This document shows positions 10,680-21,800 of a stretch of 64,000 nt of DNA, piece after piece. The DNA is from Schizochytrium sp. TIO01 (Eukaryota > Protista > Bigyra: Labyrinthulomycetes): NCBI GenBank assembly GCA_004764695.1, contig SMSO01000037.1, forward strand, positions 1,898,747-1,962,746, given 5' to 3'. The position numbers and the translations under genes were made by a program. How positions within the stretch are numbered: the stretch's first letter is position 1; every line of letters starts with the position of its first letter. Below the pieces are notes generated by a model that did not search any database, was not told where the DNA came from, and was given only the letters and a program-made list of their open reading frames with translations.

Positions 10680-11800
10680 TTATCGTTGTTCTCTTTGGTA
10701 CTACTGATCCCCACTTCTTTAAAATTTTCAACGTACGTGGATCATCAAACTGATGGTGATGCTGCTGCCACTGGAGATGGAGAAGCAGCGGCAACGTAAA
10801 TCGCCCCCATCGGTGGGCAAGGTAGCTCAGGCTGCAGCCAGTGGGGAGCAAATTGAAATGCAAGCAAGTTTTGCAGGCAATCTAACAGCCCGAGAGAAAA
10901 AAGTCACTATCACCGGTGTTGTGCACGGAATTGTTAAAGGTTTTGGTAAGTTTCTGCAAGTTAATGGTAAGGCGCCTACTATGCTAAAGTGCAGCAGAAA
11001 CTCGAATGAAAAGCCCCGTTTGAGGTCTACAATTGCACAGCGAAAATCAAAGAATCCTGTCTTTCATCTGGTAGATGGTGAGCATTTTCTGCAACAGCTG
11101 GCAGACTTGAGGATAGCTGGTAGCCAGATCAGAATATAGGACTATAATTCTTTTGAGAAAACTAAACAAACGCTCTAGGCCGACCTACCAGATCAGGTTA
11201 ACTGAAAAAGCAAACTTCGACAGCTCACAGCTGTTGGTGTGCCGGTGACACCAATTCTTGCAAAAATGCATCTGGTGACGATCTATCTAGTCAGAGGTGG
11301 CAATGATTCTCTTCTCACCTCAAGTTGTGTGAAAGAATAGAAATGAAAACAGGTAAAGATATTAGATAAAAGTGATTTTTGTGAAAGAATGTGCATCATA
11401 GTGCATAGTGTTTTCACTCAAATGGTTTCCTGCCTTTTGAGTAATCTCAAGGGCCTTTGGACGTTTACTTTGGGGAAGAGGTTGGTGACACTCCTAAACG
11501 GTTGAAAAGTTCGTCTGAGAGGTGGCCTTTTTCGAAGGCGGCTTGATAGTTAGTACCAGTAGCGTTCTCGATTATGATTTTCAGAATTTACTTCTGTAAG
11601 TCGATGGGAATCAAGTATATTTACAATTCTACGATCGAACACCCATCTACCCAAAGTAACAGCGACTGCCGAAGTTTGTGTGGACCAAAACAGTGCACCC
11701 TGGCAGCTTTGAAGTCATTATTTACTCTGAATGTCTACGTAGAACTAATTATTTGTCTTGGTCTTGACATACTAGTTAGCTCTTTGCTAAAAGTATGAAA
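10680..11800 (+). pseudogene. Possible decayed coding relic of unknown family
   Basis: 128-aa ORF 10753-11139 continues in frame past scattered stops; no recognisable domain. Confidence 0.2.
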
Positions 11801-13356
11801 CACTTGCAAGTTGGAAATCTTATACCCATTATAAGTCATGCACAAGTTCTCAGCCCGGTTGTCTTGATATGAACACTAGTGTTTGTATCCTGATCTAGTA
11901 GTGTATGTGATCACCAATAAGTAACTATTATAGCAGACAGTCTTAGTCCATACACTGCGAAGTTCAACTCACACAATAACCACCACATAAGTTGCGAATC
12001 ATCAACCTAGTAGCCAAGTTTTGAACCTAGCAAGGCTCCCCTGTCACTATCATTTTAGCACGAAGAGTATAAGTTGCACATTTGGGACCAGCACAAATTT
12101 AGAACTGCTAAACTCTGTAACATGCAAGCTTCTCAAGGATGAGGAACATAGTATCGTATCAGAAGAATGCTAAGACTAAATTGTGTACATCACTCTCATC
12201 ACATTGGGATCGCAATTCACAGTTCGCAATCCACAATGTGATCAGAATTCACTAGCCATGGCATGAAAGACTAATCACCCATACTCTCGCGTATATCTAT
12301 ATGACCTCTGGCACAATGGCCAGGCACACAAATTCCCTCAATCCTTCAATGCCGCCTCCCCTCTCTGAAATTGAAGTCTATTCCTTTAAATCTCGTAAAA
12401 AAACCAAGTAAAGACATGTGGCGATCGACTGCTCCCGATAAAACTCATTCTTTTTCTGGCTGTAGGTACTCTTTCGAATCGACCTCCTCCACGTTGCCGC
12501 TATCAGAATCAAAGCGGGATTTCCCCCGGTCCTGGCAACCCACGTATCATGTGCCTGCATTCCTCAAGAGCTAGCTTTCCGCAGCTGTTTTGTCTCTCTC
12601 GCCCTGCAGAGAAACAATGCCAGGCCCCAGAATTCATTCTTGCGAGGAAAGAACACATAACCTAAGTCCCTGTGGCGCGTATGCAAATCAAGAGAGCCCA
12701 GCATGCGTCATGCGCTGCGTCCCCTATTACACTGCCCACCTTGGGCCACCTGGAACTGTGATGTGAGCCCAGCTTTTCTGCGCGTGGGACAACTCCGTCA
12801 CTTCTTGCGGTGGCTGCTCGAGGTCTTCTCGGCCCTCCTCAAGAGCGTCTGAATCTCCTGGGTTTGCCAGACCCGTGCCAGCCAGCCAGCCTCATTTGAT
12901 TCAACATCGATCGATTGTTCGTTCGATGATTCTTGATGGAGGTATTATTTATTACAATCTCTTCTGACTCAAGATGACGCGAACCGGAAGAATGAAAACC
13001 GGGCTCGGAAAAACCGGCGGTAACGAAGGTGAGGTTGGGGGTGCACCTAATAATACGTAAGGTCGGAGTACCCATGTAATAATATGGGTAGGATGAGGTG
13101 GGGGTGACCCTTGCGTCGTGGGGAAGAGGGGTTTCTCCGGCAGGGGCTGCGATCTCGGCAGGACAACGGATTGAAGGCTGTGGCAGGCACCACTGAAGAG
13201 GTCTCCTGGGCCGAGGAGATACAGAGAGAAAGGCCCAGAACCACAGCCCTCGGGCGACCTTGTCTGGCCGAGTTTGATGAGGAACACGCCGCATGCCACG
13301 CCTTGAGCAGGGCTCCCTGGTGTCAGCGCGGGACCCAGGCGCCTGTTCAGCGGCAC

Positions 13357-13565
13357 CTATAACCCACTTGCGGCGTCTCCACAAGTGAAGAATACCCCAA
13401 TGTTTCACTTTACTCCCTGCATAACCCACTTGCGCCGCTCTTGCACTACCAAAACCGCTCCCTCCCGACATTGCTGAGTAGACCTGGCCCGGCTACTATA
13501 GGCTATAGCCGCACAAGTGAAGTATAGCACCGCGTACTATAGCCTATACCCGGCACAAGTGGACA
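13357..13565. repeat. Cluster of CAAGTG(R)(R)NTATAG-type motifs in both orientations, with a 12-bp-stem hairpin
   Basis: CTATAACCCACTTG (13357), CAAGTGAAGAATAC (13382), ATAACCCACTTG (13421), CAAGTGAAGTATAG (13514), CAAGTGGAC (13556). Arms TATAGGCTATAG 13497-13508 and CTATAGCCTATA 13537-13548. Confidence 0.75.
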
Positions 13566-13977
13566 GCTCAAGCGCGTCTCCCGAGAGCTCTTACGAAGCG
13601 ACGACCTCGAGATCGCTTCCGCCATCGTGTGCATCTCCACTCGCTGTCGCTCCTGGCGCCCGAAACCGAGTCAGAGGTGGTCCTGAAAACCCCCGTGCCT
13701 CAAGCACCCATCCTCCTGCCCAGAACCCAATGCACGGGCCACGGATCGAACGAGCCACGCAGCACAAAGCTCGAGGGCCTGAGGGTAAGTAAGTAAGTCA
13801 TCCTTCAAGAATCGAATTACTAATGTACTACACGAGAGAGAGAGAAATAACAAATGCAAACGATGCGAATAAGCGGCGGCGGTCCTAGCGATTAGCATAG
13901 GCAGTCCTAGCGCCACCTCACGGTGCAGAGAGAGGAAGGAATGCGAAGAGGAAGAGGAAGAAGAGGGAGGGGGTGAC

Positions 13978-14127
13978 AAGTGGACAATGGAGGGCCTCGC
14001 AAGTGAAGTATAGGCGCGCGCAAGTGGAGTATCCGCGGGCACAAGTGGGCTATAGGGGCGGGAAGTGGGTTATAGGAGCGGGAAGTGGGATATAGGCGGA
14101 GCGAAGTGAAAGAGGCGCTGAGGAGTG
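13978..14127 (+). repeat. Tandem ~21-bp array of AAGTGRRNTATAG motif (7-8 copies)
   Basis: AAGTG cores at 13978, 14001, 14022, 14043, 14063, 14083, 14104 and a degenerate one at 14123; spacers variable and GC-rich. Confidence 0.85.
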
Positions 14128-14560
14128 AGAGAGAGAGAGCGAATGTTGAGCCCATCAAAGTCGAACTCACTCCGTCGCGGCGCAGCTGGCTGCGAGAGAG
14201 CTAGCTAGCTGGCTGGCCTGACTCCACGGCCGACTGCGAGGGCCCTTCGGGTGGATTCCGAAGCCGCGGGGAAGGGGCGAGAGACCAGGGCTGGCCAGGT
14301 GGCATCCTGGTATTCAAACCTTGCAGGGTCTATCTCTCTCTCTCTGTTTTAGTCTGGTTTGAGCTGGGTTTTCGCTCTTTTGAACGTGCATTCCGAGGCC
14401 GCCAGCGAGCCCAGCGGCGGCCAGGGCCGGCGTGGAGACGCTCGTGGAGAGTGTGCCGGAGACCAGGCGGTATTGCGAAGCTCCGTGGCGCTGATACGGG
14501 CTCGAGCGGAGCAGGCAGGCAGCGAGGAGGCCTCAGGAGGTGGTTCAATCAGGAGCAGAG

Positions 14561-14828
14561 AAAAGAAAGAAAAGTAAAAGAAAGAAAGAAAGAACAGTAG
14601 AAAAGAGAACGCAATACCTACGCCATATTGCCATAGCTGTGTCTGTTCTTTGTTAGAGAAGGAAAGGAAGAATAGCGAGATTTGAATTGTAATAAGAGTG
14701 ATTGAGGAGAGATAAACTCTTAATTTGTTGGGGTTCTTTCTTTTCTTTCTTTCTTTTCTTTTCTTTTTCGTCTTTTCTTTCTTTCTTTCTTTCTCTCTTT
14801 CTCTCTTTCTTTCTTTCTTTCTTTCTTG
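14561..14828. repeat. (GAAA)n followed by (CTTT)n microsatellites
   Basis: Purine run at 14561-14610, pyrimidine run at 14734-14828. Confidence 0.85.
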
Positions 14829-15824
14829 TTGGGGGGCTGGGTTCGGAGCCTCGACTGGTTCATTCGCACGCTTCACCTTGCGTGGCCCTCCTTACTGGCT
14901 GTTCGCTCGACCTCGCTCTCTCGCAAGCGAAGGCCAGCTTCGGCTGACCCGGTACCCTCGTCCCTGATCTGATTTGATCTGCTTTTTTCTGTGTCTATTG
15001 CACTCTGTGTAGAAGGAACTGACTGCTACGAGATAGAGCTTTCTCGTGTAAGTAAGCAAGGGAGAAAAGAAGCGCTCTCTGTTTGTTTCTCTCATTCCTG
15101 CCTGGCTAGATTTGGCACTGCAAAGGAGTCATTGCATTGCATTGCATTGCGCTGAGGTGCAGTGAGGCTCATTGCACTGCGTGGCGTGTGGGCGCGTCAC
15201 GTGGGATAGGTGGATACTTTCTTTAGAGCCATCTTTGCAAGAGGTTTTTGTGGGTTCCTCTGGTTGTTATTCTCGGCCGGGACTGAAATTTGAGCTAGCC
15301 CGAAGGGTACAGCAGCAATAGAAGCTGACTGAAGCCAGAAAGGAAGCGTAATTGAAGAGCAAGAAGCGCAACAGCAGCAGCAGCAGCAGCAACAACAACA
15401 ACAATAGGAACCAAAACAAAAGTCTTAGTGACTTGATCGGTCTGCCTGTGATTGTTCGCAGCACAGCTGGTAGACTGGAGGATTGAGGAGAGAAGAAGAG
15501 TCTTGGCGGGGCCAAGGCTGGGAGCAATCGGGCTTAGTTCTAGCTGACGGATACGTCGCCCAAAAGCGCGCGCTTTGGACCTGGCCATTGTATCATGTAC
15601 CATTGGTAAAACGCTGTAGGCTTTCGTAAAAATTAGCAAACACGCAATAGCTCAACAGATAAGGGTACGAAATCGTCTGCCCAATTCATAAGTTTATAGA
15701 GAACAACAAGTGAAACCAAACAAACCTGCCTTCCTCCCTCACATAAATTTCCATTTGGAGCACGTTTCTGTTGTTTCTTTTTTTTTTAATAATATCTGTG
15801 TCTCTCAGAGAGGATTCGGGAGTG

Positions 15825-18800
15825 ATGAGCATGGATTCTTTGAAGCATGGCAAGACCTCGGGAGATGATCTCCTGGCGCATGTGGAGAAACTTCACTCTA
15901 GCGGCACACTTATGGAAAGTGAACCCGATGATCATGCAAATGGCCTTGCCTCGCATGACAAACTGGCCGATGAAATTATTGCTAACCTCAGTACGAGCAG
16001 CTCCGAATCCGAGCTAGAATCACCATCAGATAGCCCTCGTGATCATTCGCCACACGATGAAGATGCAAGGTTTGACGCCGGGGCAGTTGATAATATCGAG
16101 GAGGGCGATCACATAAACAAAATCCATGTTTCTGGTGAAGAAGATGACAAACGTTCAAGTGATAGTCGGGATTCTCGACAAGAAGATTACTTCCATCACG
16201 CAGGCTGCGATAGAGAAGATGATGCAGAAGACATCAATGATGATGATGAAGAGTATGAGAACGAATATGAGGACCCTGAACACCCTCGGAGAGAACTACG
16301 CGGCGACTACTTATTACGACACATGAACTCTAGCTCTGCAGATTCCAACGACCCTAATGAGCTACAGGATCACGATTTTGACGAGCCTAGGGACCCTCAT
16401 TTTGCATCACATAGTCGAAGGAGATTTTCTAAAGATTCGGACCATCATGACGGGGAGGACGAGCCCTTTTCACCTTACTCACCTCCTTTCGACCACTCTA
16501 ACAATAACCTCAATAGCTTGGAAAGCCCGTTTGATGAAGCTCTGAAGCAAAACCTAATGTCATCTTCACGGCATGCTGGTAAGGGGAAATCTAGCAACTT
16601 ATCTGGTCAGATTGGCCTAAATGAGGTTGATGATGATGATGAAGGGGATGGCGAACTACAAGAAGCTCATTTAATTGCTACAGCGGCAGCGGCAGCGGTA
16701 GTGGACCCCCCTCTTCGCATCCGTACAACCTATGATGATGATGACCAAGAAGAAGAAGAAGAAGATGATGATGAATGCTAATGTTGCTGATAATGATGAT
16801 GAGCTTGACCTTGCTGCTCGTGATCAACTGAGTGGTATGCAAGAAAGGCACTTTAAAAACAAATCTTTTATACAGGCTAAGCCCTTTCCACGTGCAGCCG
16901 GTAATACAGTACCAGCGGAAAGCCCCAAGCCACCACCTTCTATAAAAACGGATTTTGACGCTGGGCGCGTTAGATCCTCTTCCGAATCTAGTCTTCATGT
17001 CCTCAAGGCACCCGGGCGTAAACGTCCCTCTACGGTAGCGACCTATTTCACAATTACAGGAATTAATTGGCGAGCTGCGATGAAAAAGGGACCCATTGCA
17101 AAGCTGGATCTTCTTGATCCGGACTTTTGTGCAGGGTTGCCAGCCACTATTAAAGACCGATACCCGTCCTATGATTACACAGATCTTCCTCTTAATCCTC
17201 AACTTTGCCAATTTTGCCATCCAATTGGCATGGCAATTAAACAAGGAGGGGTGGGTAGAGATGCTGAACTTAATCGTGTACAGGAGTACTCCTTTCTCAT
17301 GACTGATGCATCGCACAAAATGACTCATGCTACTTGTCTGTCATTTTATGATGTTGTCCCGTCCAAGATTAAATCTCGTCTAGTTGATATAACTCTTGAT
17401 CAGGTGCTTCGCCGTGATCGGACACGTAGCGATTGGATCACGAGATCGTTCACTGAATATTTGGCGAGTCACTGCCCTGCAGAGGATGAAATGGTGTGGT
17501 TTAAGTTCTGTCAACAATTTGACAGTATTGTTCGTGAACTCGAGGATGCTGCTGATTCGCCTGATCAACAAATGCGCTTTAATCGCCTTTTAGATGGGTA
17601 CATCCAACACTACCGTGGGCCTATGGAGAATCTTATGGAGCCTGAGTATATTGAATCACTTGCGAAAATCGTTACCAAGCAGAAGGAAGAGGACGAGAAG
17701 GCCACACTTGCAGAATTTGAATCCGAAGAAGCCAATGAGGATGCACAGGTTTCCCCTGACTGCTAATAATGCCGACGCGAGCAGTCCGGAAACTGAAGTG
17801 GATCAAATCCGACACGATGATCTTGAAAATAATGATGATGATAATGACTCTGTGCCAAGTCTAGTATCATTGGACGATGCTAATATCCTTGGCACAATTA
17901 AGGAAAACAATACCAATGCAGAAAAAGGAGAAACTATTCAAGGCGTGGAACAGCCACATTCTCCGCTAACGTCAATGTCTTCACCTAATGATACCCTCAG
18001 CCCTTGTACACCCTCACCTGCAGTTGGGGGGGCACCTTCAGACATGGAAGCTTTTGTTGAAGCTTATGTTGACAAGCAGGCGGAGCAAGCCCACGAGATT
18101 TTGCAAGTTCCTGGCTCGGAAATATCTAGTGTAGATCAAGCGACGTCAACTCACGACTCTCAAGGTCAATTAGTCACGTCTTTAGATACACAGTCACGAG
18201 TCAACATTTCACCTTTGACCTCCTCATCATCACTTCCGAAATCAGCCGCAGATGAATTCGCAGGTGATGTGGACTTCGATAGCAGCCTTGATTACAACAA
18301 CGGTGAAGTATTTGATGGGAATACTGAGACAATAAGCAGATGTGAGGGAAATAACAGCAACGATGGTGTCCATGAATGTTACGAAAATAATGAAGATGAG
18401 CCTCTCCCCGCCCCTCCTCCTACGCCATTGAGCCCTGCTTCATTGAGCACAGCAGATACTGCAACACCTTCGGCTTCAATTTCTATAGGTGGCGCTTCTA
18501 CTCTAGACGATACTGAAACGAGAAAATCACGTCCCGAAGACGAACTGGCAGTACAGTACTGCCGCGAGATTCGCATGGCAGCTATGCAGGCCTTGAAAGA
18601 CAGATTCACCAGCTTCTCGAATGAGAAACTAGCACGATGGGACCCATACGAACCAAAATGTATCACCTTTGTATCCCCCTTCCCATTCTATACTTTGTTT
18701 GGGGCTGTGCTCCGGGAATTACTCCGGCTTGTTCGTGATAAGGATGCGCTTCCCGTGCCCCTAGAACGTTGTATACAGCATGTTCTATTGGAGGTGCCAG

Positions 18801-21800
18801 AGCCACCGCCAGGCAAATATCGAGTTCGCTTCAAACTGCATGAAGATATGCCATATTACTTCACATGCTCAAAACCACCACTCAACCGTCTTCCATTGCT
18901 AAATGTCCCTCTACGACCCTTATTTGAAAGTCTTGGAGGACAAAATCTACTGAATTTATTCTCGGCTCTCATTCTCGAGTTTTCTGTGCTACTAGTGACA
19001 AGTCGTCTGGACCTTTTATCAAACTCAATTACTGGTTTACTTTCTCTTCTTTGGCCCCTCAAGTGGCAAGGCAACGTGGTTCCTGTGCTCCCCAATAATC
19101 CTCAGATGATGGAGCTTGTGCACTCGCCAGTTCCAATCATTATTGGAATTCATCGCTCTCAGGTACCTCGTGATCCAAGTATTCGCGACTCTGTGGTTTT
19201 TGTTGATCTTGACGAGAATACTGTCGAACTACCTCGTGATCGCGATCTCCCTATAATGCCAAGCCGAAGTTTGAAGAAACTATGGGATGCTCTTCGCGGG
19301 GTTGTTTACATTAACACTGGCACAGATAAACCGATTGAAAAGAGCAAACGCAGTTCTATTGGTGGATACAGTATGCGTGAACGTCGCAATAGTCGACGCC
19401 GACGAACACAGCGATACTCCGATACCAGTGCCGCTTCAGATTTGTCTTCGGGTTTAGACCCTGCCGGTCCTGGAAGAATTGTTACTGATTTTCTTGAAGA
19501 GGATGTCTCGAAACAGACTCTGCCTGTTTTAGAAGCCTCAACACAAGATTTTAACAATGCAGTTCGAAAGATTTTCCTTGAGTTCTTTGTCTCCCTGATT
19601 GGCGACTATCGCTGGTACATGGGTGGTCTTGAAGAAGACGGAGATGAACTTATTGATCGAGAATCTTTCTTGCGCGACCACAAGGACTCCGCAACAAGCC
19701 GGGAGTTTCTGAACGAGTTTATCAGTACTCAGATGATGCAGTCCTTTTTTGACTCTCGTGTTTTTGCTGCAGAGCACAACTTTGAGATTATGCTCTTCGA
19801 TGCTTGGATTGATCATCTTGGCCAAGCCCGAACGACTCCACCACCTTCTGTATTGGCGAACTCAGTCAATATGGTAGATCCTGTCTCTGCCAATGAAGGT
19901 GATGGTAACGCTCCCTCTTATAGTAAACATACGATCAAAGCTTCCTTCCTAGATGACACATCCCAGGCCGATCGGAGCAATTATGATGTAGCACCTCCAT
20001 CTGCAGAGGACTACGAGGGTGCTGCTCACTTTAAAATGAACAGTAGAACTTTCCCAGATACCTTGCATTGGCGCGGGCTACCATCTCCCCGTGCAGTGCC
20101 TAGTTTGATTCGTGCGCGACGCGGTTCTCACCTCTTGCGTAATGTTGATAAAGTGTCGCATGTACTAGAGAGCGTTAACCTTTCTTTCTTCACCAAAGAA
20201 CGATTGTTCCGTGCTCGTTTTAGTCTTGTGAAACGTTATGCTCGTGCTGGTCTGCAAGATGTCAAAGAACTTTCGAACGTGATCGATAATCTTATTCGTC
20301 ATTTGGAAGAGTATGCAGGGACTATGGACAAGGCTTTTAAAGACACTGAGGGGAAATTGCGTGCCCGGGCGCTCGACCCATCACTCGAGCCTAACCCCTA
20401 TATGAGAAGCACGGTTTGGCCAGGTGTAGTGCAAGAGTCTGAGCAACATACCAAGTTATGTCGAGATATGGCTGGAGAACTCACGATAAATTTGAGCTAT
20501 TCTCTGAAGGAGGTAATTCGAGCACTTGGAAACTCATACGATATCTTGGTGGAATCTGAAGTAAAGCATATGAGTGCCATTTCTTCACGAAAGACAGCCA
20601 TGGAGCTGTCAAAGAAGAACAAGGAGATTGCTCTTTTGGAATACACTAAGATTGAAAAGGCCTTCACAGAGATGCAAGAACAGCTACAGCGGCAAAATCT
20701 GGAAGAAAAGCGAATGCACCAAGCAACAGCAATGTCTAAATACTATCGCAGTGCAACCCCATCTACGCGTAAGAAGCGCCGTGGGAAGCGGCGTTCGGGT
20801 GTTGGTGAACCTCTGGAAGCTATATTGGGTAACACCTCACCCGGAACCCCAAGTCGCCGTGAAAGTATTACCAGTGGACAGACTCCAGCAAGTGGAGGAA
20901 GTATGGATGCAACTCACCATAGTTGGGTAGGTATGAGTGATTTGCATAATGACCTCGCTTCTCCTCAATCTTTCCAATCTCGTTTTGTGAATTTGGGAAG
21001 TCCTCGCTCGGATCACTCTTTACCCACTGGTGCGCGCTCTGAAGGCTCTGTTTACTCAGCAAACTCTGTTGCATCTGCAGATGATTTATTTGATAGGCAG
21101 TGGTATGATGACGATGCAGGACAGGGTGGAGAAGAGTACATGCGCGACGAGGATGAAATGAGTCAATCTGGAGACTTAGAAGGATCCCTGCCTCAAGAAC
21201 CTCCCGAGGTACTTCGAATTGATGGAACAGAGACATCGTTTCCTAAAGAACTGTCCTCGGCAGGGAACAGTACTCATGGTATGGGTTCTGATTCAAAGTC
21301 ACTCTCGCAAAACTCGCCTACAGACGACGTTGGTCTTAACATGGCATTGGCTGGTGCTTTTTCACAGTCAGCTCGTCTACCCCGCCACACTAGCAATCGC
21401 CGTGCCTCAGGAAGCGTTTTGAGTAAGCAACGTCTCATTGCCGGATCTCAGCGTCACCGCAGAAGATCTGACATGGCAGGTCTTGCAGGAGGCATGAATC
21501 CAAGTGACTCACTTCGATCGATCATTCAATCTCAGTCAAGTCGTGAAGATAACGATAATGACGACACTGCAACGGAATCTTCAGCTACAGAGTCGCGAGT
21601 TGGAGACACCCTACCGAGTGTCTCGCCTGTGGGGATGGCAGTTTCGAGGCTTCCTGAGCCACCGCGTGTGCAACACATTTCTTCTTCTGAACTTGCAAGG
21701 ATGGTTGATCGAAAGGTTGCTGCAAAACGGACTTTGCGAGCAGCACGTCTCCAGTTTGCGCAAGATGTGGCCTCCCTGACTCGAGAACTCACTACGTTTA

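Noticed and set aside
13978-14127. CRISPR array interpretation of the repeat-spacer-like cluster
   Set aside because: Units are only ~21 bp with degenerate 13-bp cores, there are no cas genes, and the context is eukaryotic.
17749-17784. Tiny GTTTCC..AG intron explaining DENN frame break 2
   Set aside because: Candidate lengths (33, 36 or 50 nt) do not restore the required +1 frame.
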